Source of the DNA: a virus
Lineage: Duplodnaviria > Heunggongvirae > Uroviricota > Caudoviricetes
Reading direction: 5' to 3' (one strand)
Virus record (IMG/VR): IMGVR_UViG_3300044798_000244
Location: 1 to 64,000 of that record
DNA: 64,000 nt
Every line of letters starts with the position of its first letter. The first letter of the stretch is position 1. Shown here in pieces: positions 10,185 through 19,531 of the stretch. Under the pieces are notes generated by a model. The model made no database searches and was not told where the DNA came from. It saw nothing but the letters and a program-made list of their open reading frames with translations. The position numbers were made by a program, and so were the translations under genes.

Positions 10185-11670
10185 GCATATTATTGATTCT
10201 TGGTCCTATCTCCTGTGCCGGAGAGGTCAATTTCAACTGCTCTGCAAAAGCTTGTAACGTGCCTTTGAAGTCATCTAGTCCAGGAATTGTTACATTCACC
10301 TGAGGTGTTTTAGATGAACCAGAAGCTTCTTTTTGAGCCTGGGTTTCCTCCAGCTTTTTCTGAAGTTCCTCCATTCGAGGTCCATATGGTTTAATCTTGG
10401 TCAGGGGGTTTCGTCCTGTAATTGCCCCCAGGCTTCGACCTATTATCTTCGCAGGATTGTAGAATGGTATTGCAGCATAATGCTGTTGGGCTGCGTTCAC
10501 CCGCAGTGCATCCTGTGCCTGTAAAACTTGCCCTGGAGATTTCTTCGCAGCTACAGCATATTTCTTAAGACCCCCTCCCTCAACAATCGCTGCATTTATA
10601 TCTTGATAGGATCTCGCTAATGCCTTAGCAGCTTCTGCCTGTTGAGCTTTGGACTTTTGATAATCTGCAATAGCAGGTATCAACCTACCCAATTCTATAG
10701 TTGTAAAACCAACTGCTGCCGCGAGAAGAGCTAGAAGTCCAGCTGTACCAAGGAACGGAAGAAGACCCGCTCCAAACAACGTCAACATATCTCCAAGACC
10801 ACCTATACTTTTTCCTCTTCCAGCATCTCCCTTCGTAACCTCCAGAAGTTCTTTTGTCCAGGCTGCCTTATAAGCACCTTTGTCAAAAAACGTCATCAAC
10901 GAAGAAGATTCTTTTGGATGACCTCGACTCCGCATACGATGTTCTGTAGATCCTGCAGAAGGGGGTCGAGTATATGCTGCGTGTGGTGTGTCAAACCTAT
11001 CAACCCCTCGAGTGAATACAGGCCTAAGCTTTGATTGTTGCTTGGCAGCACGGCGCCCTTGGATTTTACTGGCAACACCTCGTCCTACACTAAACAACTC
11101 CTTAGCACCTGTCAGTAAAGGAGAAAAAGGACCAAGAGCTCCTGTAGCGATACCTCGACCAAGATCCTGAGCAGCAGAAACTGTCTTCGGAGCAGTTCGT
11201 TTTAAGAAGGAAAGGGTCCCCTCCTTTGTAGTCGCTCTGGCTTGAGAAATAGCTCTCTTGCTAATTTCCCGAGTGACATTCAAATCTTCTGGAGAAACAC
11301 CTACTGTTTTCTCTACCCTATCAATCTTCTCAGCTAAACTCTTGTTAGTTTCCATCTTCCTAACAAAAGAATCTTTGCGGTCTTCAATCTCATCTACAAG
11401 AGCAAACAGCGTCTTCGAATCCTCTGCAGTAATTGTTCCTGTTTTTAAGACACTACTAAGAAGACTTCGAATCTTCTCAACAGCTTGTACAGCAGCATCA
11501 GCAGATTTCTTCTCATCGCCCCTCGAATACATGCCAGAGATTTCTTTGAAGAATTGAAGATAATCTCGTGTGTATTTTGTGTAGAGGGCATCAAGTTGGT
11601 ACATACTGGTTTTGTCAACACCAGTAACCGACAGATTTTCGTAGTAGTATTTTCGCTTTTTCTCAACCAT
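10123..11670 (-). CDS. tail tape measure protein (gp29-like)
   Basis: 515 aa, alpha-helical and coiled-coil rich. Has a Gly-rich hydrophobic segment (LGDMLTLFGAGLLPFLGTAGLLALLAAAVGF). Positioned between the tube genes and the baseplate hub. Confidence 0.45.
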   Translation of the reverse strand: MVEKKRKYYYENLSVTGVDKTSMYQLDALYTKYTRDYLQFFKEISGMYSRGDEKKSADAAVQAVEKIRSLLSSVLKTGTITAEDSKTLFALVDEIEDRKDSFVRKMETNKSLAEKIDRVEKTVGVSPEDLNVTREISKRAISQARATTKEGTLSFLKRTAPKTVSAAQDLGRGIATGALGPFSPLLTGAKELFSVGRGVASKIQGRRAAKQQSKLRPVFTRGVDRFDTPHAAYTRPPSAGSTEHRMRSRGHPKESSSLMTFFDKGAYKAAWTKELLEVTKGDAGRGKSIGGLGDMLTLFGAGLLPFLGTAGLLALLAAAVGFTTIELGRLIPAIADYQKSKAQQAEAAKALARSYQDINAAIVEGGGLKKYAVAAKKSPGQVLQAQDALRVNAAQQHYAAIPFYNPAKIIGRSLGAITGRNPLTKIKPYGPRMEELQKKLEETQAQKEASGSSKTPQVNVTIPGLDDFKGTLQAFAEQLKLTSPAQEIGPRINNMHDSGDALMQEYARGTLTFGE

Positions 11671-11941
11671 TTTGAGCCCGTTCCTGCTGCTCCTGCAAAT
11701 CTCGAATCAGCCGTCCATAGTGCCAGTCCAGCAACCGTAAAGGTGTATTTCGAATATCTCCTAGTGTAAATCCGGGGACATGTTTACACAGTTGGAACTC
11801 CCGCTCCAAAACAATTTCTAAGGGCGGAACCAACCGGAAGAAAGAGGTCAAGTCGAAAGGGAACGGAAACGTCTTCCTCCTGTCCACATTTAGGACAAGG
11901 CATGATAATAGAAGTGGCAGGACCATGATCCATTTGCTCAT
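11663..11941 (-). CDS. hypothetical small protein, overlaps neighbours
   Basis: 92-aa ORF in the gap upstream of the tape measure gene. Its real start is probably internal. Confidence 0.2.
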   Translation of the reverse strand: MSKWIMVLPLLLSCLVLNVDRRKTFPFPFDLTSFFRLVPPLEIVLEREFQLCKHVPGFTLGDIRNTPLRLLDWHYGRLIRDLQEQQERAQNG

Positions 11942-12512
11942 GAAAAAGACGGAGACGAGCAGTATCTTTAGTTGACCAGCTTCTCATCTCAATAGCTGTT
12001 TTCACAGGATCACAACCATCAATTGATCGGGCCCAACGGTAGAGATATGCATCACCAACTTGCTGCTGGTACTTCTCAATCTCAATCTCATCAGCTACAG
12101 TCAAAAGTCGAAGACTAACAACTTTGCCACTGGGCAATGTAACTGGGACAGGCGGCTTGTAATCATCAGGCAGAGTAACTACGTTCAGTTTGCGAAGATC
12201 AACAGAAAAATCAACTGGGCTTAGACAATGTGAGCAGGTGCCTTGAGTTTTGATCATTTCACAAAACGAATTGATGTACTCAAAAATAATCAAGTAGAAA
12301 CGGTCTCCCAACGTTAGATTTTTAGGGTCGATTCCTTTCACAACACGATTCAGCACCAGCAGAAAGTTTCGTTCTAGATTCGCTGGATTGATTTGTGCTA
12401 AGATGAGTTCATCTTCGCCATTATATGGTCTGATCATCACATCAGAAGATTTAATGCCTGGATAAGAAAGACATTTTGAAGGAAGATCCACATGAATAAA
12501 TTGTTCTGGCAT
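11784..12512 (-). CDS. hypothetical tail-assembly protein with Cys clusters
   Basis: 242 aa with CxxC-type cysteines (CSHC...CPKCG). Position upstream of the tape measure gene. Confidence 0.3.
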   Translation of the reverse strand: MPEQFIHVDLPSKCLSYPGIKSSDVMIRPYNGEDELILAQINPANLERNFLLVLNRVVKGIDPKNLTLGDRFYLIIFEYINSFCEMIKTQGTCSHCLSPVDFSVDLRKLNVVTLPDDYKPPVPVTLPSGKVVSLRLLTVADEIEIEKYQQQVGDAYLYRWARSIDGCDPVKTAIEMRSWSTKDTARLRLFHEQMDHGPATSIIMPCPKCGQEEDVSVPFRLDLFLPVGSALRNCFGAGVPTV

Positions 12513-12514
12513 CT

Positions 12515-13279
12515 TTAATTTCCTAACTCGATAAAATTAGCTAGTTTCACAAGTAGTTTAGGTGTATCTGTCAGTTCGTGTTCCCAAATCACTAAGGTCT
12601 TGTAGCCTTGGGATTCGAATAATTTGATTCTCTCTTGCTCATGCTGTGCTTCTGGAATACCTGTTACTGCTTGTCCGTGCCAGTAATCACCAAACAGTTC
12701 AATTAGAAGAGGTCTGGAGGTATGGACGAAGTCAGGGCATTTACCTGCAATAATCAGTTGACCATCTCCGACGAAACGAAACAGACCAGGGGAGCTACTA
12801 TTTATAATGGTTTGTAAGAACTTCTCAAGCTTATTCTGAGAAACTTGTCTGGCCTTCATCTGCTTAGCTACATACTCAGAATCTTGCCAAAGCTCTTTTT
12901 GGGCTTCTCTTAGCTTCTTGCGAGTTTCAGAAGAACGATTTCTATTAGCATCACCTATCTTTTTACGTGTCTCAGCAGAAGGATTTCTTTTAGCATCACC
13001 TATCTTCTTGCAAGTTTCAGGAGAAAGAGTTTTTCCTCGAAGGGCATCACTTTTCTTCTTGCACGTTTCAGGAGATTGGTGCTGTCCATAGTTAGGGCTG
13101 TTTTCACCCTTCATTTCACCTCTTGTAGATCTGCAAGAAATGCACTGACAACCTTCTTTGTGGAGATCACCTCTTCTATTTCTACAGGAAGCACATTGAC
13201 AATCTTCTTCGTGAAGATCACCACGCTTAGCCTTGCAAATGCAACACTGACAATCTTCTTTATGTGATTTTCTACTCAT
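12515..13279 (-). CDS. free-standing homing-endonuclease-like protein (zinc ribbons, NUMOD3, Vsr-like nuclease)
   Basis: HKEDCQCCICKAKRGDLHEEDCQCASCRNRRGDLHKEGCQCISCRS. NUMOD3-like repeats (SPETCKKIGDAKRN and others). PDFVH..LIELFGDYWH..GYKTLVIWEHEL. Paralog of 2115..2792. Confidence 0.6.
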   Translation of the reverse strand: MSRKSHKEDCQCCICKAKRGDLHEEDCQCASCRNRRGDLHKEGCQCISCRSTRGEMKGENSPNYGQHQSPETCKKKSDALRGKTLSPETCKKIGDAKRNPSAETRKKIGDANRNRSSETRKKLREAQKELWQDSEYVAKQMKARQVSQNKLEKFLQTIINSSSPGLFRFVGDGQLIIAGKCPDFVHTSRPLLIELFGDYWHGQAVTGIPEAQHEQERIKLFESQGYKTLVIWEHELTDTPKLLVKLANFIELGN

Positions 13280-13280
13280 A

Positions 13281-13952
13281 CTACAGAATTTTACCTAATC
13301 CTCTCGAGACAGCACCACCGCCCACACCCATAACAGCATTAGCTGCCACTCCGCCCACGACCCCACCAACGACTCCTCCGATCAACCCTGCGATACCTGA
13401 TCTGATAGAACCTGTAAGACTCCACATCTCTATATTGTCGACACTAAGTGATATATCTACACGCTGTATATCATTAGCATTGTATGACAAGGCCACCGAA
13501 GGTTTTGATGTTGGGAAGGTGCCCTTCATGATAAACTTAACAGATTCAATTCCCGAACGGTCATAAAGAGAAACGTAAATTTGTTTTGAGTAGTTGTTTT
13601 TGGGATGGTGATAGCCCTGCTCATCTATCATCAGATGATACCAGCTATAGAAGTAATCCAAAACTGTGTTATCCACAGGCAACATGAACGACAAATTCAC
13701 GGTCTTAATACTCTGAAGACCTGCATAGAATCTCAAAAATGCTCCATGCTGCATCTTTACAACATCGCCCAGACCATAGGGCCCAAACGAAACGTCCTGA
13801 CAGTACTGAGAAACAAGATACCCAACTACACCATTGATATTACTGGGCATAAAGAGCTGCCAGAGATACTTCCTCTGAAGCATCCATACTCTGGACAGAG
13901 CTTTGATACCTATCCCAGAAAAATCAAACGGCAGGTCTTGGAGTCCGATCAT
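13281..13952 (-). CDS. hypothetical tail protein, possibly a tube paralog, with a Gly-rich C-terminus
   Basis: 223 aa. C-terminal GGVVGGVVGGVAANAVMGVGGG. Adjacent to the tube gene. Confidence 0.3.
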   Translation of the reverse strand: MIGLQDLPFDFSGIGIKALSRVWMLQRKYLWQLFMPSNINGVVGYLVSQYCQDVSFGPYGLGDVVKMQHGAFLRFYAGLQSIKTVNLSFMLPVDNTVLDYFYSWYHLMIDEQGYHHPKNNYSKQIYVSLYDRSGIESVKFIMKGTFPTSKPSVALSYNANDIQRVDISLSVDNIEMWSLTGSIRSGIAGLIGGVVGGVVGGVAANAVMGVGGGAVSRGLGKIL

Positions 13953-13979
13953 GATATTATACTCATCAGAGAGAAATCT

Positions 13980-14495
13980 TTAGGTCACCAACTCCCACCA
14001 ATCATATGAAAACGTAGCGGAGAATATCATTGTAGAATTGCTTCCATATGAGGTGGAGATGTCTCCCATCGACTCCAGGTAACACCCGACCAACTTGATG
14101 CTCAACCAAGTGGCCCCAGCCTGATCCAAACACTGGAAGTACAGATCCGTTTTGACTAAAGGATCAGGGCTTCCAAGACCTGTCCTAGTGTTGTTAATGA
14201 CCTGCTGCCAATTATACAGTGCAGTAAAGGTCTTCTTATCTGCTGTACTCTCCAAGAAGTCCAAGCTCCAGGTTTGGGTCATCGCAGCTTTACCTGGAAC
14301 TTTGAATCCGGGAGTTCCCCGGAAGGGAATCTTAATACTTTGTGTGGCTCGACCAGGCAGGCCAGCAGACTGACACCGAGCCGCCAGGGCCGTTCCATCT
14401 CCACCACCAATCAACTTCGGGAATACAGTAGCCCAGAGGTAACTCTTGGCAGGATTGGTAAGATTATTACGAAGTACATCGACGGACATATCCAT
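13980..14495 (-). CDS. gp19: tail tube protein gp19
   Basis: 171 aa. N-terminal YLWATVFP and C-terminal FSYDWWE match T4 gp19 (NLFQVEI...LDYWE). Immediately downstream of the sheath gene. Confidence 0.6.
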   Translation of the reverse strand: MDMSVDVLRNNLTNPAKSYLWATVFPKLIGGGDGTALAARCQSAGLPGRATQSIKIPFRGTPGFKVPGKAAMTQTWSLDFLESTADKKTFTALYNWQQVINNTRTGLGSPDPLVKTDLYFQCLDQAGATWLSIKLVGCYLESMGDISTSYGSNSTMIFSATFSYDWWELVT

Positions 14496-14557
14496 GTGAA
14501 AATCTCCTTCTATGTGCTGCTGAATTTTATAGCGAAGATACTCTTAGTACTTAGCTG

Positions 14558-16177
14558 CTACCACATAATTCCGCGGGCAACAAGTTCTTCAAACGAAGCG
14601 CCAGTTGACGTAATTATACTTTGCAACTTGATGTACTCTGCCGCCCGAATCGGCTTGATAAACACATCCACATTCATCTGATTCGAGTCAATGACCGCAG
14701 GAGTGTTATTCGTTGCACTACAAAGAACGTGATACCCTTTATCTCCACCCTCTTTCTGAAAAGCACCTTGTGCAGACAACCTATCCAAGTACTCTTCCAG
14801 TAAAGCTACAACTCGGAACCGCGTAATTTCATCATTGGGCTCAAAGAGGAACGATCGCAAGGAGATAGCCATTGCCTTCTCAATAACGATCAGAAGACGT
14901 CTGACATTAACACTGCTTAACGCAGACATTTTCTTCTGCAGAGTCTTCTGACCCCAAATCGCAATGCCCTCACCTCGGAACAACTGAATTGGATTGATTT
15001 GCACAGGATACAATGTGTCCCGCTCACCTTGAGTAAATACATACGAGGTAGAAATGACATTCAGAATACCTCGGTTGAATCCTGCAGGAGCGTCCCACGG
15101 ATTGGCCACGTAATCATTGTAAGCCATTTGTGCAGCCACGTGTCCTGACGGAGGAACGTAAATCAGCTTATCATTATACGAATCGTAAATCTGAACCCAC
15201 GGGGCATACAAAGCACAATAATTCGAATTGATGTTTTGCGTGGTACTCCGAAACGTGAGCATGTCCGTTGGATCCTGGACTGACAGCCACGGCATATCCA
15301 GAACTGCAATACAATCAGCACGGTCCTCAGCAATAGCCTGCATATTAGACTGCACGGCCGTAGCCGTCTCACCACCATTGATAAGGATACGGATATCAAT
15401 ATCATCTGGGTTGGCAAACTCATCCCAACCGGTGATTAACTCTCCTGAAGAAATTGCACTTCCATCGGATCCACAAGCAAAGTCTAATGCTGTAGCTTGT
15501 ACTTTAGGAAGGATGGTATTTTCAATAGTAGTGTTATCAAAGACCTGGATATACTGACTGATTCCATTCACACGATCTTCAAGGTACAGATCCTTACCAA
15601 AACCATCGACTTTGGTTTGACGAGACACTTGGAACTTCTCAAGCTCCTGATCAGTACCATCATCGTCCTCATAGTACACAACAATCTCGAAGGTGTACCG
15701 ATCACTAATCACTTCATCTGATACGGTCTTTACATTCTGAATCTTCACCCGGATCTTGTTATTCCAAACACCAGGATCTTTCCCAATGATCTGGAAAAGG
15801 ACAACACTAAGACCGGTACTAACACCAAAGGTAGCAGTAGACTTTCCAGTGGTTATTGCAGCGTTGGCCGTCGATGAATCAGACCGTATGATGTTCACAC
15901 CACCATACAATGCTCCACTGGCGACCCGAAGACAGTACAGAGTGTTACCCTGGGCCAGATACGCCAATGCAGCATAATGGAAGTAGTGCCCAGACGAAGG
16001 ATCCGGCTCACCATACTCCTCGATAAACTGCTTATCACTGGTTATCAGAGTGATATCAGCAGTACTTCCCTTGGCCGAATAGCCAACAATTGCAGCAGAC
16101 GCACTTGCTACCGTCGGGACGATGTCAGAAATGTCTTTCTCGCTTGAATAAACGCCGGGTGACAACAGGATGGCCAT
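14558..16177 (-). CDS. gp18: contractile tail sheath protein gp18
   Basis: 539 aa. The N-terminus MAILLSPGVYSSEKDISD matches T4 gp18 (MTLLSPGIELKETT). AAGGAG ribosome-binding site 8 nt upstream. Confidence 0.75.
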   Translation of the reverse strand: MAILLSPGVYSSEKDISDIVPTVASASAAIVGYSAKGSTADITLITSDKQFIEEYGEPDPSSGHYFHYAALAYLAQGNTLYCLRVASGALYGGVNIIRSDSSTANAAITTGKSTATFGVSTGLSVVLFQIIGKDPGVWNNKIRVKIQNVKTVSDEVISDRYTFEIVVYYEDDDGTDQELEKFQVSRQTKVDGFGKDLYLEDRVNGISQYIQVFDNTTIENTILPKVQATALDFACGSDGSAISSGELITGWDEFANPDDIDIRILINGGETATAVQSNMQAIAEDRADCIAVLDMPWLSVQDPTDMLTFRSTTQNINSNYCALYAPWVQIYDSYNDKLIYVPPSGHVAAQMAYNDYVANPWDAPAGFNRGILNVISTSYVFTQGERDTLYPVQINPIQLFRGEGIAIWGQKTLQKKMSALSSVNVRRLLIVIEKAMAISLRSFLFEPNDEITRFRVVALLEEYLDRLSAQGAFQKEGGDKGYHVLCSATNNTPAVIDSNQMNVDVFIKPIRAAEYIKLQSIITSTGASFEELVARGIMW

Positions 16178-16257
16178 CTTAGAACTCCTTGCTTAAAAAC
16201 ATCTACGTTTAAGTTTTCCTTGTTAAATTAAAGTAAAACTGGATTAGCTATAATTTC

Positions 16258-17676
16258 TTATCTACCAATGGTTTTTAACAATTCTTTCTCTGGAACCAGA
16301 TTATAATCACAAGCGAAACATCCACCAACTGTTTGTGGTGCTCCTTCTAGGGTTGTTAGTTGATTATAATCACAAGCGAAATATCTACCAACTTCTTGTG
16401 GTGCACCCTCTAGGGTTGTTAGTTGATTAGAATCACAGTGGAAATTCCCACCAACTGTTTGTGGTGCTCCTTCTAGGGTTGTTAGTTGATTAGAATCACA
16501 GTGGAAATTCCCACCAACTGTTTGTGGTGCTCCTTCTAGGGTTGTTAGTTGATTATAATCACAAGCGAAATTCCCACCAACTGTTTGTGGTGCACCCTCT
16601 AGGGTTGTTAGTTGATTAGAATCACAAGCGAAATATCCACCAACTGTTTGTGGTGCACCCTCTAGGGTTGTTAGTTGATTAGAATCACAAGCGAAATATC
16701 CACCAACTGTTTGTGGTGCACCCTCTAGGGTTGTTAGTTGATTATAATCACAAGCGAAATCCCTACCAACTTCTTGTGGTGCACCCTCTAGGGTTGTTAG
16801 TTGATTAGAATCACAGTGGAAATTCCCACCAACATACTTAAAAGTTATAGGTAGATGTTTAAGATATAAACCACTAAAATCAACATCTTCTTCTGTAGAA
16901 TATGTTCCATCTGAATTCTTTGTGCACCTAGATATAATCTCCTGTATATATTTTTGAGTTCTGGAAGAAAGTTCTTCTTCTGAAGCAGGCCTAACTTTAT
17001 CAACTAAGAAATCAACTCCAATGGCTTTTTCAATAGTTTTAATAGAGACGTGCTTATCTTGTTCGTTAAAGCATTCCATCTCACCATTAGGAGCAACTGC
17101 AACAGCATATTTTTTACTTTTCTTCTTATCAATAACAATGTAAATCTTGATTCCAGCTTTATAGTATGCCTTCCAATACACTGCTGTTTTTCCTGAAATA
17201 CACCATTTGGTATTAGCACCATAAAAACACGAGGCACCATGTGATTCTGGGACAACAATCAGGTAATTATCGGTTTCATCCACAATTGTTGATTCTGATT
17301 TCTGTTCTCGTTTGACTTCACCTTTGGTTTGTTTAGTTGAAGTTTGTTGTGCAGCTTGATCTGCAGATTCTAGATCAAGTTTATAGATATCTGCTTTATC
17401 ACCAGCTAAAATTCGTCGTTGAACTTGTTGATCAAACAACTTAACAACATCAATAATATGTCGTTCTCGATCTGGATTAACTGTGTATTGTTTACACATC
17501 CATTGAAGATATTTCTTAGTTTCGGAGGGGTCTTCAGTTCGGAATTCATTAAAAACACTTTCAGGTACTTTCTTGGTATCTACAAACTGGGCATAAGTAT
17601 CTTTCCAACCTTCAAACAGAGGTTGTTCAGAAGATGATTTCAAAAGGTGTTCAAAAAGCTGTTGGAAAGAATTCAT
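16258..17676 (-). CDS. protein with nine C-terminal 20-aa tandem repeats that resemble leucine-rich repeats, plus an N-terminal Cys-containing domain
   Basis: Repeats of GGNF(H/A)CD(S/Y)NQLTTLEGAPQTV, nine in a row. The N-terminal domain has ASCFYGANTKWCISGK. Inserted between the gp15-like and gp18 genes. Confidence 0.5.
   Translation of the reverse strand: MNSFQQLFEHLLKSSSEQPLFEGWKDTYAQFVDTKKVPESVFNEFRTEDPSETKKYLQWMCKQYTVNPDRERHIIDVVKLFDQQVQRRILAGDKADIYKLDLESADQAAQQTSTKQTKGEVKREQKSESTIVDETDNYLIVVPESHGASCFYGANTKWCISGKTAVYWKAYYKAGIKIYIVIDKKKSKKYAVAVAPNGEMECFNEQDKHVSIKTIEKAIGVDFLVDKVRPASEEELSSRTQKYIQEIISRCTKNSDGTYSTEEDVDFSGLYLKHLPITFKYVGGNFHCDSNQLTTLEGAPQEVGRDFACDYNQLTTLEGAPQTVGGYFACDSNQLTTLEGAPQTVGGYFACDSNQLTTLEGAPQTVGGNFACDYNQLTTLEGAPQTVGGNFHCDSNQLTTLEGAPQTVGGNFHCDSNQLTTLEGAPQEVGRYFACDYNQLTTLEGAPQTVGGCFACDYNLVPEKELLKTIGR
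16298..16840. repeat. nine near-perfect tandem 60-bp repeats, coding the C-terminus of 16258..17676
   Basis: The unit ttgattataatcacaagcgaaa...ccaccaactgtttgtggtgc(t/a)cc(t/c)tctagggttgttag is repeated head-to-tail. No spacers, so it is not CRISPR. Confidence 0.85.
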
Positions 17677-18623
17677 TATAGTACACCTTCTTCTGGACGA
17701 TAGATGTTACCATCTACAGTAGTGCCAGCTACGGTCTCAGATACTATGATAGTTGTTTCGTCTTCCTCCGCATCATAAGAAGAGCTACTTATGGTATAAA
17801 CCTCGTTGTTTTCAGTTGAATTCTCGACAAAGAACTTCGCACCAGCTACAAAATCACTGGTCCTATCTCTCAAGACCATGAAAGAGCTATTTGCTGAACT
17901 CACACCTACGATTCCATACAGATTAGCCCGAAACATTCTAAGGGCTGCTTCCAGCTCTGTACTCTGACCTGATCCTGGAACAACAATGGCACTGTAGCTG
18001 GAGACATCATCTTTATCATAAGTTGTGAGTTGTATTTTTTGAATCTGCTTTTCAGTAGATGTTAACTTCGGAAGCCAACCATCGATCTTGGCTGTCATTC
18101 TGAAGGTCCAGACCTTACCATCCTCAAACACATCTTCAATCTGCGACTCATCTACAACTGCACTAAATTGTATATCTGGATTCAGAACAAATTCATCATC
18201 ATAAAGCAGAGTGATCTTGGGAGTTTCGTGCTGCCACTGAAGATACTTCTCAACACACAAATTCACCTTGTCGAGATCGTTACTCCAGAACCACATTCCG
18301 TACCCAATATCTGTAGCATCTGCTCTGATATTTCCGATCTCACCAGATGTTCGTATGTAATTGAAGCCTCTTCGAGCAACTAAAGTATTCTGCCTCTGCC
18401 AACTAAACTGAACAGACTGGCGATAAACACTGATGAACTCTAGAAATGTTTGTCCTCGCTTCTCAGCGACCTCACGCTCTGCAATACCTTTTGGGACGAA
18501 AACAACACCTTTGTTTATAGAGTCCTCATCTGTGGCCTCGGAGTTGATACCTAGAATAGATGCAAATCGTGAGAACACAAGTGCTCTCATAGCAACGTCA
18601 TATATATACAACACTGAATTCAT
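17676..18623 (-). CDS. tail sheath stabiliser / completion protein, gp15-like
   Basis: 315 aa. The segment KVWTFRMTAKIDGWLPKL resembles T4 gp15 (IEWSLTFEVNGWMYPP). Sits upstream of the sheath gene as in T4. Confidence 0.35.
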   Translation of the reverse strand: MNSVLYIYDVAMRALVFSRFASILGINSEATDEDSINKGVVFVPKGIAEREVAEKRGQTFLEFISVYRQSVQFSWQRQNTLVARRGFNYIRTSGEIGNIRADATDIGYGMWFWSNDLDKVNLCVEKYLQWQHETPKITLLYDDEFVLNPDIQFSAVVDESQIEDVFEDGKVWTFRMTAKIDGWLPKLTSTEKQIQKIQLTTYDKDDVSSYSAIVVPGSGQSTELEAALRMFRANLYGIVGVSSANSSFMVLRDRTSDFVAGAKFFVENSTENNEVYTISSSSYDAEEDETTIIVSETVAGTTVDGNIYRPEEGVL

Positions 18624-18628
18624 TATTA

Positions 18629-18820
18629 TTAGTCCAGAAGACCTTTAACTTCGGTCAGATCAAAAGTCACACGAACATGTGGTCGAACTTTGTTCAGCTC
18701 CTTCTCGGAGACCTGAACATTCTCCAGAATTTGTCCAGAAGGAAGTGTAGTTCTAATTCCATTGATATACTCAACTTCCAACTCAGTTGCAGAGGTATTC
18801 ACTAGTTTTCGAATTCTCAT
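18629..18820 (-). CDS. hypothetical small protein
   Basis: 63-aa ORF packed between neighbours. Confidence 0.3.
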   Translation of the reverse strand: MRIRKLVNTSATELEVEYINGIRTTLPSGQILENVQVSEKELNKVRPHVRVTFDLTEVKGLLD

Positions 18821-18827
18821 ATTTCAC

Positions 18828-19310
18828 CTACAACTTAACGCGCCTTGGAGCTGCCGAGAACACTCGTTTCAACGCGGCATCATGCAAATTCGTAACAGCA
18901 TTAACAATCTGAAACTCTGCTACACCCTGATAGTTCCCTGAGGAAAACTCCGGCTCAATTCGGAAGTAACTGTATCGAGTGACATTGATAGGAACTGTTT
19001 GGCCTGCAGATGACCCCTCAAGAGCTGTTGCAGTAAATCCAAATTGCACCATGATAGGCGTTTGACCCTCAACGAAAAGACCAAACTTCTTCAATTCATA
19101 AACTGATGGGCTCCACTTGATTCCCACATTGGTCTGGTAGGATGTAAAAACATGATCTGCTGGCTTCGAGTACACATCTAACTTCTCTGCGGTCAGGAAG
19201 GACTGCTCTGTCGGAATGTAAAGAGTGCAAGCAATGCCAGTAATATCAAGTCCCACATCCACCATGTGACGAATGACATCAATTGTTGCCCGGGGAATGA
19301 GTTTGGACAT
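18828..19310 (-). CDS. hypothetical structural protein (neck or tail-terminator candidate)
   Basis: 160-aa ORF in the tail-completion region. No motif. Confidence 0.3.
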   Translation of the reverse strand: MSKLIPRATIDVIRHMVDVGLDITGIACTLYIPTEQSFLTAEKLDVYSKPADHVFTSYQTNVGIKWSPSVYELKKFGLFVEGQTPIMVQFGFTATALEGSSAGQTVPINVTRYSYFRIEPEFSSGNYQGVAEFQIVNAVTNLHDAALKRVFSAAPRRVKL

Positions 19311-19312
19311 TT

Positions 19313-19531
19313 TTATCTCTTCTCAAAGTACAGTCCGAAAGATGTTTCTAGATAATCTACAGCTGCTTCTGGTCCACCTGAGTAATATTCGCTCCAGGCA
19401 TCTAAAATATCTTGCTTCTCCAGATCGGAAAAAGATCCATCTACTAAAATGTATCCATCATTCTTAAGACGGAGTTGTAGGTTCTGACCAGACTCAGCAT
19501 CCATCGTCTCATTAACTAATTCATGAAACAT
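19313..19531 (-). CDS. hypothetical acidic protein
   Basis: 72 aa. Overlaps the upstream gene by 11 nt. Confidence 0.3.
   Translation of the reverse strand: MFHELVNETMDAESGQNLQLRLKNDGYILVDGSFSDLEKQDILDAWSEYYSGGPEAAVDYLETSFGLYFEKR

Noticed and set aside
16298-16840. Regular 60-bp direct repeats that could be mistaken for a CRISPR array
   Set aside because: The repeats are contiguous with no spacers. They lie in frame inside an ORF and encode a 20-aa protein repeat.
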